Counted from the first letter of the stretch, positions 37,616 through 47,361 are shown. The stretch is DNA of 64,000 bases from an uncultured Alphaproteobacteria bacterium (GCA_944392205.1 CALXVV010000040.1:32971-96970); one strand, 5' to 3'. The notes: a model not told the origin generated them from the sequence alone. Numbers and translations: made by a program.

Positions 37616-38149
37616 ATGGTTAAGCACTGTCTGCTTTTTATTCTGGGCTTAGTTGCCTCCGTATTGTTGTGCTTTGGGCAATCTCAGGCTTTTGTTGTAC
37701 AAAATCCTCGTCGTGCCCTTTCCTTTAATAACATCGTCAGAGACACGTCTTTGCCAAAATCTGAAGATGAGGAAAATGGTAAAAAAACGTCTTCTGACGA
37801 TTGCTCTCCTGTCAACTATGGTGAGATTGCTGATAAACTTTTGCCTAATCAGGAAGAACTCAAGTTTTATGTCGATATGCAAAAAAAATCTGTTCAGAAT
37901 ATCTATGCAAAACCGGGGCAATCTTTCTTTGTCATTCTTCCTGAAGAAGACGGTAGCTCTTGGCATTTTGATGAAAAATTTAAATTGGCCGAAATCGTAA
38001 GCTCGGAACATGACCATGATAGGCGCATCTTGGAATTCAGAGTGCTTTGTTGTGGCGAGGAATCCTTTTTCATTGATAATATTCTTGCGAACGACCGGCA
38101 ATATGAAGTTCTGCAAAGTAAAATCATTAGATTGCGCGTGCAAAAGTAA
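37616..38149 (+). CDS. Secreted protein of unknown function (177 aa)
   Basis: Signal peptide ...GQSQAF; no secure family call. Confidence 0.45.
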   Translation: MVKHCLLFILGLVASVLLCFGQSQAFVVQNPRRALSFNNIVRDTSLPKSEDEENGKKTSSDDCSPVNYGEIADKLLPNQEELKFYVDMQKKSVQNIYAKPGQSFFVILPEEDGSSWHFDEKFKLAEIVSSEHDHDRRILEFRVLCCGEESFFIDNILANDRQYEVLQSKIIRLRVQK

Positions 38150-38163
38150 ATGAGGCAATACCT

Positions 38164-38901
38164 ATGAGTGAAAAAAGCAAAATTCGTATTTATGTACCCC
38201 AAAACTTGGCTCCTGATTTAGAAATTGCCCTTCCGCCGGAACAGTCCCATTATTTGTGCAATGTCATGCGCCTTGAAAACGGGAAAAACATACGCTGTTT
38301 TAATGATAAAGACGGGGAGTTCTCCGCTCTAATTGTTGGTGCGAACAAAAAGCAAACAATTCTGAGGATCTTGTCTTTAGAACGTTTACCCCAAAAATCT
38401 CCGGATATCTGGCTTGTCTTTGCTCCGCTTAAAAAAGATCGCACAGATTTCTTAATTGAAAAAGCGGTTGAACTCGGGGTTAATAAGATTATTCCGGTCT
38501 TTACTCGTTTTGGAATCACTGATAAGATACGCTCTGACAGAGTTAAGGCTCAACTGGTGGAAGCTGTCGAACAATGTGAACGTTTTGATGTGCCCGCTTT
38601 GGATGAAATATCGGATTTGAGCAGCCTACTGAAAAACTGGCCGCAATCCAGAAAATTGTTCTTTATGGATGAGACAAGAACCGGGCAACCTGCTGTTGAT
38701 GCGTTTAACGCTTATAAAAATCAACCCGCCGCTCTGTTAATTGGACCTGAGGGTGGATTTGCTCCGGAAGAAGCCGCTTTGCTTAGGCGTTTGCCTTTTG
38801 TTTGTCCGGTTTCTTTGGGCCCCAGGATTTTACGTGCGGAAACTGCCGCAACTGCCGCTTTGGCAGTCTGGCAGGCTGTTGCCGGTGATTGGAAGGAGTA
38901 A
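38164..38901 (+). CDS. rsmE: 16S rRNA (uracil1498-N3)-methyltransferase
   Basis: PUA-like N-domain; C-terminal LLIGPEGGFAPEE...LGPRILRAETA. Confidence 0.85.
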   Translation: MSEKSKIRIYVPQNLAPDLEIALPPEQSHYLCNVMRLENGKNIRCFNDKDGEFSALIVGANKKQTILRILSLERLPQKSPDIWLVFAPLKKDRTDFLIEKAVELGVNKIIPVFTRFGITDKIRSDRVKAQLVEAVEQCERFDVPALDEISDLSSLLKNWPQSRKLFFMDETRTGQPAVDAFNAYKNQPAALLIGPEGGFAPEEAALLRRLPFVCPVSLGPRILRAETAATAALAVWQAVAGDWKE

Positions 38902-38905
38902 TTTC

Positions 38906-39580
38906 ATGAAAACACTGATTGCTGATGATCATGAACTTTTTTTGAAGGGGCTGGAGATGATCCTCCATGACCACGATCCTGAAATGGAAATTATCAGCGC
39001 AAAAAATTATACCGATATCTTTTCAATAATCGAAAAAGACAAGGATTTTGATTTGATCCTAACTGATTTGGCCATGCCTGGTGCTAAATGGCTTGATGCC
39101 ATTCAACGAATCCACCAAACCTTGCCTGACACCCCAATTATCATATTATCTGCGGTTTTTGATAAAGAAATCGTGCAAAAAACCATTGAAATCGGCGCTG
39201 CCGGATATATTCCAAAAACCTCCAGTAATGCTGTCATTATCGGTGCCGTAACTCTGGTCCTGTCCGGCGGTGTTTATATTCCACCGGAATTATTGCAGGG
39301 TACCAATCAAAATGAATTTGACTTGCTGAAACAAGTGGAAAATATGTCGCCGGCACAAGATGTCTCCGAAAAGGTTAAAATTCTTTCTCCCAGACAGATT
39401 GATGTTATCCGCCTCATCTCGCAGGGTAAGTCAAATAAGCAAATTGCCTACGAGTTGGGTCTTACCGAGGGAACGGTTAAGCTTCACGTGACGGCCATAT
39501 TAAAGATTCTTAACGTTTACAACCGGACCGGGGCTGTTGTTGAAGCTACAAAACTCGGACTAATCAAACCTATTAAATAA
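38906..39580 (+). CDS. NarL/FixJ-type response regulator (REC + LuxR HTH)
   Basis: LIADDHELF, LILTDLAMPG; LSPRQIDVIRLISQGKSNKQIAYELGLTEGTVKLHV. Confidence 0.85.
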   Translation: MKTLIADDHELFLKGLEMILHDHDPEMEIISAKNYTDIFSIIEKDKDFDLILTDLAMPGAKWLDAIQRIHQTLPDTPIIILSAVFDKEIVQKTIEIGAAGYIPKTSSNAVIIGAVTLVLSGGVYIPPELLQGTNQNEFDLLKQVENMSPAQDVSEKVKILSPRQIDVIRLISQGKSNKQIAYELGLTEGTVKLHVTAILKILNVYNRTGAVVEATKLGLIKPIK

Positions 39581-39591
39581 CACCAAAGAAC

Positions 39592-39951
39592 ATGTTAGAA
39601 AAAACTATAAAACTTAATCTTACGCGATTTGACGAATATAAAAATGTCTTCGGAGCCAGAAAAATTCACTCCCTTTGGAATGAATTTCTTGCGCAATCCG
39701 TAAAAAACTGGCAAGATATTGAAAAATCTGACTGGGAAGGAAATCGTCTGATTTTCCATAGTTGGCGATCTTCTTCTCAGGTGTTTGGAATGGATGATTT
39801 TTCTGCCATCTGCCTGGTTATTGAGGACAGAATCATCAGACATCGTTTTAAAGATTTGGATAAACTCGTGGCTCAAAGCCAAGATGTCTTTGAGGAAAGT
39901 GTTAAACAAGTTATTGATGCTTTTTCTAAAATGGAGCCGGAAAATGATTAA
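39592..39951 (+). CDS. Hpt (histidine phosphotransfer) domain-like protein
   Basis: FHSWRSSSQVFGMDDF resembles the H-x-L-K-G-S-S...G Hpt motif; helical; about 119 aa. Confidence 0.45.
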   Translation: MLEKTIKLNLTRFDEYKNVFGARKIHSLWNEFLAQSVKNWQDIEKSDWEGNRLIFHSWRSSSQVFGMDDFSAICLVIEDRIIRHRFKDLDKLVAQSQDVFEESVKQVIDAFSKMEPEND

Positions 39952-40696
39952 CGAAGCCAAGAAAAAATTGCCCGCCTATACCCAGCTTGTTTATGGAGAT
40001 ATCTACAACAGTTTGGATAAAAGCAATACCCTTGACTCTAATTGGTCTGCAAATATTCGTACTTTTTTTCAGTACAACAAACTTGTGGAGGCGGCCTTAA
40101 ACAATATAAAAATGAACCAGAATGTCTTGCAACTCGGGCTTGTTTTTGGCAATGAGATTGATCAGGTTGCTCAGAGAATCGGGGCTTATGGGCAGTACGA
40201 TATTTTAGATATCAATAGTTTTCAAGTTTCTCGAAACCAAGAAAAATATGGGAACATCTATCCGGCTTTGAAGATTTTTGAGCAGGATGCCGCCTCTATT
40301 GACATCAAAGATCAGTACGATGTTGTCCTTTGCTTCTTGCTTTTACAAGAATTACCTCCGGCAACCAAAGCTAAGGTCATTAATAATGCTCTGAATGCTG
40401 TCAAACCCGGTGGTTGTGCTGTCTTTGTTGATTACCACAACCCTAATCCTTGGCATCCTTTGCGCTACTTTGTTCGGATGTATAATCGTCTTTATCACCC
40501 GTTTGCCGAAAAACTTTGGGATAGGGATATTGATACTTTTGCAAAAAACAAATCACAATTCGTTTGGCGTAAAAGCCTCTATTTTGGCGGGATGTTTCAA
40601 AAAGTAGTCGCGACAAAAAAGACTAGCCCCATCGATGAAGTTCTCGTGGCTGAGGCAAACAAATCTGAGGCAGAGTTTTTCCTGCCGGATTTTTAG
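39944..40696 (+). CDS. Class I methyltransferase-fold protein with a degenerate SAM motif; possible RquA (rhodoquinone biosynthesis)-like
   Basis: Motif I reads VLQLGLVFGN instead of VLD.G.G.G. Also ILDIN, VLCFLLLQELP, GGCAVFVDYHNP. Confidence 0.55.
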   Translation: MINEAKKKLPAYTQLVYGDIYNSLDKSNTLDSNWSANIRTFFQYNKLVEAALNNIKMNQNVLQLGLVFGNEIDQVAQRIGAYGQYDILDINSFQVSRNQEKYGNIYPALKIFEQDAASIDIKDQYDVVLCFLLLQELPPATKAKVINNALNAVKPGGCAVFVDYHNPNPWHPLRYFVRMYNRLYHPFAEKLWDRDIDTFAKNKSQFVWRKSLYFGGMFQKVVATKKTSPIDEVLVAEANKSEAEFFLPDF

Positions 40697-41667
40697 AGCA
40701 GAGTTCTTATCTTTTCTGCTATCTTTTGCGCAGGGTCTAAGCGCTCTTTTGGTGTGAACATCAAGGCCTTTTCATCCTCAAGGGCAATGGCGTAGCCTTT
40801 TGCATATAGGGAAGATATAAACCTCTTATGCTTGGGGGTGAGCCAATTTTGTCCTTCAAAGATTAAAACCGGGTTTCCTGAGCCGCAGGCCTCGCTTGCC
40901 ATTGAAACAGAATCTCCCGTCACGATAATCTTATCGCCACAGGCATAAAAACCCATTATCGGATTTTCTTTTTTCTCTCCCCACAAATATGTGTAGGATG
41001 GGATCCCCTTGAGCTCTGCCATTATTGCTTTTTCCGCTTCTGCTCCGGTTCGGCGCGAGGTGGAAATCAGAATTGATCCTCCGATTTTTTGGTGAATATT
41101 CTTTATTTCTTGGCCCAATTTTTTGGCATTTTCCAGGCTAAACGGGCGGCCTTTAATTGACCCGCCGATAATAACCGATAACCATGGCTTGGGAAGATTT
41201 GAAAATATCGGTGCCCATTTTTCCGTTGCCTGCGCAATTGCTTCTTTAGAAACGCGGTGCGGGCATCCGGTGACAAAGAAGAAGTTACCTCCCTTGCTTT
41301 TTTTTGCATCATGCTCAGAAACGATGACCAAGTCCAAATCTTTTAATCCGCAATTGCCGGGGTGCATTAATTGTATAATCTTGGTTTTTCCCGCTGATTG
41401 TTTTTTTATCCATCTGGCTATTGGCGTGGTACGGCGACTGATGGACAGGACAAAATCCGGCCAAGGGGCATCAAGGTGGGAGCTTTCTTTTTTGTTTACG
41501 CCGATGAGAGAGCGGCCTTTCAGACAATTCGGCAGCTTGGCCCAGCGTGTATATACTATTTTTTTCTCCTCGTCATTAACCAAATCACCCAGGGCTAAAA
41601 TAATTCCCTTGGCTTGGCCCACGCTGCCCATTCGGTCATCTAAAAGGGCCCATATAGTTTTTTTCAT
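40693..41667 (-). CDS. ELM1/DUF1022-family (glycosyltransferase-fold) protein
   Basis: IWALLDDRMGSVGQAKGIILALG N-terminus and the overall GT-B-like pattern typical of alphaproteobacterial ELM1 homologs. Confidence 0.55.
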   Translation of the reverse strand: MKKTIWALLDDRMGSVGQAKGIILALGDLVNDEEKKIVYTRWAKLPNCLKGRSLIGVNKKESSHLDAPWPDFVLSISRRTTPIARWIKKQSAGKTKIIQLMHPGNCGLKDLDLVIVSEHDAKKSKGGNFFFVTGCPHRVSKEAIAQATEKWAPIFSNLPKPWLSVIIGGSIKGRPFSLENAKKLGQEIKNIHQKIGGSILISTSRRTGAEAEKAIMAELKGIPSYTYLWGEKKENPIMGFYACGDKIIVTGDSVSMASEACGSGNPVLIFEGQNWLTPKHKRFISSLYAKGYAIALEDEKALMFTPKERLDPAQKIAEKIRTLL

Positions 41668-41764
41668 GTTTGATAACTTTCAAAATTCCATAGTCAAAAT
41701 CTTCTAATGCCTGTAGTATAAGAGTAATCTTGATTAAAACAATCTTTTTATGGAGAAAGCACAC

Positions 41765-42067
41765 ATGAAAGTGGCATTTTTGGCTTTTTGTCTTTCCGTA
41801 ATTCTTTCTTTTCCGGCATCTGCCCAATTTGCAGCGCAAAATGATGCTAAATATATCGCGACCCTTAAAGCCGTTGTTAACTACAAAATTGATGATGAGG
41901 AAAACTTGAGCGCCGTTGAAAGTTTGCGCGAAAACAGAATGTTTAACCAGAAACTTCAGCGCATGCTCAATAAGCTACAGAACACCAGAACCAAAAATTC
42001 TACCAACAAACGGGTGTATAACATTTTACTCAAGGCCGGAAAAGACATCTACAATGAGCTTGATTAA
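41765..42067 (+). CDS. Small secreted helical protein
   Basis: ggagaaag before the ATG at 41765; signal peptide ...FPASAQ. Confidence 0.4.
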   Translation: MKVAFLAFCLSVILSFPASAQFAAQNDAKYIATLKAVVNYKIDDEENLSAVESLRENRMFNQKLQRMLNKLQNTRTKNSTNKRVYNILLKAGKDIYNELD

Positions 42068-42123
42068 GCAATATTTAATAAAAAAGCTTTAGACTGAAAC
42101 CAGTATTTTGGAGGATTTCAGCT

Positions 42124-42300
42124 ATGTTGACACCTAAATATGACCATGAAAAAGCCTATGGACGATTGCAAGACCTCCGACGAAAGGTCATTTTGCAAAA
42201 AGGCGGCCAATCTGTTGAGGGGTTAACCGAAATTGTGATGGAAAAAGCCCCTGCCAAACGAACCACTCCAAAAAAAGCAAAATCTCAGGAGAATGACTAA
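42124..42300 (+). CDS. 58-aa basic ORF (not in the ORF track), stop overlapping the next start
   Basis: MLTPKYDHEKAYGRLQDLRRKVILQKGG...; a TAATG junction with the 42300 gene; ggagg upstream. Confidence 0.3.
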   Translation: MLTPKYDHEKAYGRLQDLRRKVILQKGGQSVEGLTEIVMEKAPAKRTTPKKAKSQEND

Positions 42301-42605
42301 TGAGACAGTTTTTTATTGCGGCTTCCTTGCTTTGTTTGCTTTCTGCCTGCGCCGCAGAGCCTGAAAAGGTGGTTTGGGAGCAGCCGGATTATAATCATAT
42401 TGCCGCCCACACAAGAGTGGTTGAAAAGACTTCAAACTTTGTTACCTATGAGTATAAGGATATTCGTGTCGACGAAATTGCCCCCATCGCCGCGCTTTAT
42501 TGCCAAGACCATGGCGGCAAACAGGCCGTACTCTATGATATAACCATGCGTCCGGATCACTCCAGACGGGCGACGTTTATGTGCAAAAAAATGGCTGACT
42601 TTTAA
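42300..42605 (+). CDS. Small lipoprotein
   Basis: Lipobox LLSAC. Confidence 0.45.
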   Translation: MRQFFIAASLLCLLSACAAEPEKVVWEQPDYNHIAAHTRVVEKTSNFVTYEYKDIRVDEIAPIAALYCQDHGGKQAVLYDITMRPDHSRRATFMCKKMADF

Positions 42606-42688
42606 GTCTCTTTTTGCCTTGCAATCGGAACTCGGCTTTCCTATATACCATATTAAAGTAAGAAAGATTGGAGCAAAGAGCAGAAAAA

Positions 42689-43618
42689 ATGAACAAAAAC
42701 CTTTATCATGTTTTGGGAGTCAGCAAAGACGCATCTGAGGCAGAAATTAAGTCTGCTTATCGTAAACTGGCTCGTAAATATCACCCGGATCTTAATAAAG
42801 ACGATAAAAATGCGGCCGAGAAATTTAAAGAGGTTTCTTGTGCCTATGATATTTTGGGCGATAAAGAAAAACGCAAGAAATATGATAATAACGAAATTGA
42901 TGCCGATGGCAAGCCAACCGGTTTTGGTGCCGGCTTTGGCGGAGGGGCCTATGGCGAAGGTAACCCCTTCGGCCAAGGCGGGACCAGGACTTATTACAGT
43001 ACCGGTGGCGGAGATTTTGATTTTTCTTCCATTTTCGGAGATGATATTTTTTCTCAATTTACCGGTGCTCGCAGTAGCGGGTTCGGTGGTGGCTTTGGTG
43101 CTTCTGCACGTAGGCCGCGCAAGGGAGAAGACATCAATTACACCATGCGGATTGATTTTCTTTCTGCTGCCCGCGGTGATGAAAAGACTGTTAACCTAAA
43201 CGGCAAAAACATCAATGTTAAGATTCCGGCCGGAACCGTTGATGGGCAAACTTTGCGCCTTAAAGGGCTCGGACAACCAAGTCCCAATGGCGGCTTGGCC
43301 GGCGATGTCTTGATTACCTTGAATGTTGATAAGCACCCCATTTTCAGTCTGGATGGAAACAATGTGGTGATGGAGTTGCCGATTACCGTTAAAGAGGCCA
43401 TCCTCGGGGCAAAAGTTACTGTCCCGACTATTAACGGCAAGGTGGCTGTTAACATTCCTCCCTATGCCTCAAGTGGCGAAAAACTCCGCCTTAAAGGTAA
43501 AGGGATTAAGGGTGGTGACCAAATTATAACTCTTAAGATTTTGGCACCCAAGACCCCCAACACGGCTCTTGAAGATGCTTTGCGCAAGCTACCCGATGAA
43601 ACCATAAGGAACTTTTAA
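42689..43618 (+). CDS. cbpA: J-domain co-chaperone without a zinc finger (CbpA/DjlA-class DnaJ homolog)
   Basis: [33 protein letters not shown]-rich linker, two C-terminal beta domains, no CxxCxGxG. Confidence 0.7.
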   Translation: MNKNLYHVLGVSKDASEAEIKSAYRKLARKYHPDLNKDDKNAAEKFKEVSCAYDILGDKEKRKKYDNNEIDADGKPTGFGAGFGGGAYGEGNPFGQGGTRTYYSTGGGDFDFSSIFGDDIFSQFTGARSSGFGGGFGASARRPRKGEDINYTMRIDFLSAARGDEKTVNLNGKNINVKIPAGTVDGQTLRLKGLGQPSPNGGLAGDVLITLNVDKHPIFSLDGNNVVMELPITVKEAILGAKVTVPTINGKVAVNIPPYASSGEKLRLKGKGIKGGDQIITLKILAPKTPNTALEDALRKLPDETIRNF

Positions 43619-44175
43619 TGCTTCTGGACTCGCTTAAAAATTTTTTCTGGCTCAATGAGCCTGCCAATGTCCGTTTTGTGGAAGAAGGAATGTTGGTGGA
43701 AACATTGCCGGAAACTGATTTTTGGCAGAGCAAACATCATCGCTTTTACAAAGACAACGGGCACTTTTTCTACACTCGTAAGCAGGGAGATTGCCGGTTT
43801 ACCGTCAAATGGCAAATCGGCGATGTTCTTGCTTCTGACCAGTGCGGGATTATGATTAGGATTGATGACCAGAATTGGGCAAAGGCCGGACTTCTGACTA
43901 CGGATTTGCGTCAGCCTCAGTTGGGCAGTGTTGTTACCGTTGCCGGAGTTTCCGATTGGGCATCTTGGCCCTTGGATAACCTGCCGCGCGAATTATGGTG
44001 CCGATTGGTGAAAAAAGACAAGGATATCTTACTCTTTGCCTCCATTGACGGAACAAACTTCAGGCAAATTCGGATGTTTACGATCCCTAAAATTGTTGAT
44101 GAGTTTAAAATCGGGGCTTTTGCCTGCTCGCCCTTAAAACATTCTCTATCTTGCATCCTTGAAGATATCGGCTAG
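43618..44175 (+). CDS. DUF1349 (concanavalin-like) family protein
   Basis: WLNEPANVRFVEEGMLVETLPETDFWQ...; ATG overlaps the cbpA stop. Confidence 0.55.
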   Translation: MLLDSLKNFFWLNEPANVRFVEEGMLVETLPETDFWQSKHHRFYKDNGHFFYTRKQGDCRFTVKWQIGDVLASDQCGIMIRIDDQNWAKAGLLTTDLRQPQLGSVVTVAGVSDWASWPLDNLPRELWCRLVKKDKDILLFASIDGTNFRQIRMFTIPKIVDEFKIGAFACSPLKHSLSCILEDIG

Positions 44176-44259
44176 CCCTCGCCTCCTAAATTAGCTATAT
44201 TTTAACCTCTGTTTTATAAAATACGGTATTATGTATCGTGATATTTATAAGGGTTAATA

Positions 44260-45756
44260 ATGCTAAGTCTTAAACATGTTGCCGTAAATTCTTTTAATGA
44301 AAATATTGCCTATATTCATCGAGATTGTGCTGCCTACAAGGTAGATGATGTCCAGACCCTCACAAAGGTTGAAATTCATGGCGGCGTAAAGCCTGTCTAT
44401 GCTTTTTTGCAAGTGGTGGATGATGCAAGAATCGTTAAACCCGATGAACTCGGTCTCAACAGTGAGGCCTTTGACCAAATTAATTTGCCCGAAGGCGCTA
44501 ATGTCTCGCTCAGTTTGGCTCCAACAGCTCCGAGCCTGGCATCAATCAAACGCAAAATTGCTGGAAATATTTTGAGCGCCGGAGAATATGCTTCTATTGT
44601 TAATGACATTGTTTCTCATCGGTATTCCAACATGGATATTGCCTCTTTTTTGGTGGCTTCAGGCTCTTTTATGACCGCTCCGGAGGTTTTGGCGCTGACA
44701 GAAGCCTTGATTGGAGATGATGTTATCCGTTGGGATAATGAGGGAATCGTGGTTGATTGCCACTGTTTTGGCGGCGTACCCGGAAACAAGACCGACATCA
44801 TCATTACCGCCATTGTTGCAGCTTATGGCCTGCCCATGCCCAAAACTGCTGCACATTCCTTAACTTCTTGTGCCGGTGTGGCAGATACTTTTGCCGTGTT
44901 GTCCAATGTGGATATTGATGAAGATAAGCTTAAATCTCTGGTTAAGGAAAACCGTGCCGCCATTGCTGACTTTAATGTTTTGCCTATTGCGGAGGGTAGT
45001 AAAATCGTTTCTACCGTTGAGCGGCATTTGGGGCTTTTGCAGTTGCAGCACCTGGCCGCTTCTATTTTAGCCATCAAGCTGGCTGCCGGTGTTACTCATC
45101 TGGTTTTGGATATTCCGGTCGGCCCCAATTCACGTATCAAATCAACCAACGAAGCTATGCGTTTGCGGAAACTGGTTGAATATGTCGGGGATATGCTTTC
45201 TTTGGAGGTTGACGCGGTTATTACCGACGGGAGTGAACCTATCGGCAATGGAATCGGTGCCGTGTTGGAGGCTCGCGACATTATGAAGGTTTTGCGCAAC
45301 AAAGAGGATGCTCCGCAAGACTTACTTGAAAAATCTCTCTTTTTGGCAGGACGGGTGTTGGAGTTTGATCCCAAACTCAGAGGCGGACAAGGCTATGCCG
45401 TGGCCAAAGAAATTTTGACTTCCGGCCGTGCTCTGGAAGCCTTAAATAAAATTATCTACTCCCAAGGCAAGGCTCCACAGCCACAGCTTGGACACTTGAC
45501 ACGAGATATTGTTGCAACCCAAAGCGGTGTGGTAGAAAGCATTAATAATGCCAGAATTAACCGTATCGGCGTTTTGGCCGGGGCTTCCCAATATCCGGGG
45601 GCCGGCTTGGATCTCTTGAAAAAAGTCGGAGACCCGGTTGAGCAAGGTGAAACCTTGTATCGAATCCACTCCGTTAATTCTACGGACTTTGCTTTTGCCA
45701 ACTCCGTTGTGGACGGCAATACCGGCTATGAAATCAACTCCAAGGGAACTTACTGA
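44260..45756 (+). CDS. Thymidine phosphorylase family protein (about 500-aa long form)
   Basis: Glycosyl-transferase family 3 core (VVDCHCFGGVPGNKTD, GIGNAVLE-like IGNGIGAVLEA) and a C-terminal PYNP domain. Confidence 0.7.
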   Translation: MLSLKHVAVNSFNENIAYIHRDCAAYKVDDVQTLTKVEIHGGVKPVYAFLQVVDDARIVKPDELGLNSEAFDQINLPEGANVSLSLAPTAPSLASIKRKIAGNILSAGEYASIVNDIVSHRYSNMDIASFLVASGSFMTAPEVLALTEALIGDDVIRWDNEGIVVDCHCFGGVPGNKTDIIITAIVAAYGLPMPKTAAHSLTSCAGVADTFAVLSNVDIDEDKLKSLVKENRAAIADFNVLPIAEGSKIVSTVERHLGLLQLQHLAASILAIKLAAGVTHLVLDIPVGPNSRIKSTNEAMRLRKLVEYVGDMLSLEVDAVITDGSEPIGNGIGAVLEARDIMKVLRNKEDAPQDLLEKSLFLAGRVLEFDPKLRGGQGYAVAKEILTSGRALEALNKIIYSQGKAPQPQLGHLTRDIVATQSGVVESINNARINRIGVLAGASQYPGAGLDLLKKVGDPVEQGETLYRIHSVNSTDFAFANSVVDGNTGYEINSKGTY

Positions 45757-46349
45757 TGGCTTATCCATCTGGATCTGAAGCAGAAAAAGAGCTTGAGCTC
45801 GGCAATTCTCTTAACCCCGGTGCGTGGACGGAGCATTCCCGTTTTGTGGCGAAGGCTTGTGAGTTTATTGCCGAAGCCGCTGGAATGGATGCCAACAAAG
45901 CTTATATTTTTGGGCTCTTGCATGATATCGGCCGCAGATTTGGCCGTTGTGGGCAAAAACATATATATGCAGGCTATGTCTATTGTATGGAAAAAGGCTG
46001 GGATGAAGTGGCCAAAATCAGCATGACACACTCTTATTTCTTTAATGATGCCGAAATCGGCGTCCCCAAGTATGACGGACCGGCCCAAGAATGGCAATTT
46101 GTAAAAGACTATATTCAGAAGACACCTTTTGATGACTACGACCGTCTGGTACAGCTTTGTGACTCGCTTGCTAACCCCAACGGCTTCTGCATTGCTGAAA
46201 AAAGACTGGTTGACGTTACTCTGCGTTATGGAATCTTGCCACATATGGTGGAAAAATGGAAAAAGCTTTTTGAGATTAAAGCTTATTTTGATGAAAAATG
46301 CGGCCAAAACATCTATAACCTCTTACCGGGAATTGAAAAGAATCTATAA
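45756..46349 (+). CDS. HD-domain phosphohydrolase
   Basis: GLLHDIGR; ATG overlaps the upstream TGA. Confidence 0.6.
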   Translation: MAYPSGSEAEKELELGNSLNPGAWTEHSRFVAKACEFIAEAAGMDANKAYIFGLLHDIGRRFGRCGQKHIYAGYVYCMEKGWDEVAKISMTHSYFFNDAEIGVPKYDGPAQEWQFVKDYIQKTPFDDYDRLVQLCDSLANPNGFCIAEKRLVDVTLRYGILPHMVEKWKKLFEIKAYFDEKCGQNIYNLLPGIEKNL

Positions 46350-47248
46350 TGAAAAAATTAAAAATTGCCATTATCGGATGCAAAAATATGGGACGCAAGC
46401 ACCTCAAGGTCTTGCGTGAGTGCTTTGCCGATAGGGTAAAAATTGCAGGTATTCTGAATTCTACACCTCAATCCACTTTAGCTGCGGCTCAGGAGCTTGA
46501 TGTGCCGGCCTTGGAGAGTTTGGAAAAGATTAGCAAACGGCGTGTAGATGCCGCCATCATCTCTACTCCGGCCGAAAACCATTTTGAAACCGCCAAAGTC
46601 CTCATCCAAAAACGCATTCCCTTGTTGGTGGAAAAACCTTTTGCCAGTGATGAGCTCCAGTGTTTTGAGCTTATTAAGCTGGCCCAAAAGTACAAAGTGC
46701 CGATCTTGGTCGGGCATACGGAAAACTATAATCCCGCTGTTACTTTGCTTAAGAAACTTTTGGATGCACCGCTGAAATCCATTGCCGGCATTCGAACCTC
46801 TCAAAACGGCGGCGTGAAACAAACACATATCATCTCTGAGCTGATGATTCATGATTTGGCCATTGTCACCTCCCTCCTGCAAGGCACTTGGGTTAAGGCT
46901 TTGATTGATAAAAAACCGGAATACCGTTGGGATGAACATGCTGTTATAGAGCTGATGTATGAGTGCGACACCATTGTCAAACTCGAGGCTCTCCGCTGCA
47001 GCGACTGCGCCATTAACCGCAAAATGAGGCTGATTGATGCAAAAAACAACATCTGGCAAATAGATTTTCTTGAGCGTCGTCTATCTAAGAATGGCGAGGT
47101 CTTGTGCGAGGGCGGCAACTCTTTGGCCCTGGAGCTTGAAGATTTTATCAATATGGCAACACTGGGTACACCGCCGGCCGTTTCCCCCGAAGAGGCCAGA
47201 AATATTGTTGCTTTATGCAATGAACTTGAGGCTCAGTGCGACTGGTAA
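46349..47248 (+). CDS. Gfo/Idh/MocA-family NAD(P)-dependent oxidoreductase
   Basis: KIAIIGCKNMGRKH Rossmann start; LVEKPFA motif; ATG overlaps the upstream TAA. Confidence 0.7.
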   Translation: MKKLKIAIIGCKNMGRKHLKVLRECFADRVKIAGILNSTPQSTLAAAQELDVPALESLEKISKRRVDAAIISTPAENHFETAKVLIQKRIPLLVEKPFASDELQCFELIKLAQKYKVPILVGHTENYNPAVTLLKKLLDAPLKSIAGIRTSQNGGVKQTHIISELMIHDLAIVTSLLQGTWVKALIDKKPEYRWDEHAVIELMYECDTIVKLEALRCSDCAINRKMRLIDAKNNIWQIDFLERRLSKNGEVLCEGGNSLALELEDFINMATLGTPPAVSPEEARNIVALCNELEAQCDW

Positions 47249-47277
47249 AACTTTTTTGCAAAAAAATTGACGGCGGT

Positions 47278-47306
47278 CTTGCATCGCCGTTTTTTCGTCC
47301 CTATAT
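47278..47306 (+). promoter_or_regulatory. Candidate RpoH (sigma32)-type promoter of dnaK
   Basis: CTTG-18 nt-CCTATAT, matching the alphaproteobacterial CTTG-N17/18-CYTATNT pattern; about 55 nt upstream of the start. Confidence 0.5.
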
Positions 47307-47361
47307 AAGCAAGTAGAAAAGTTAAAAATACTCTTTTATATAAACAAAGGATGTGAAAATC

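Noticed and set aside
37616-38149. Possible chagasin/I42-type peptidase inhibitor (small secreted beta-rich protein with EEDGSSWHFDE)
   Set aside because: The resemblance to the NPTTG(Y/F)xW motif is too weak to support a call without a profile search.
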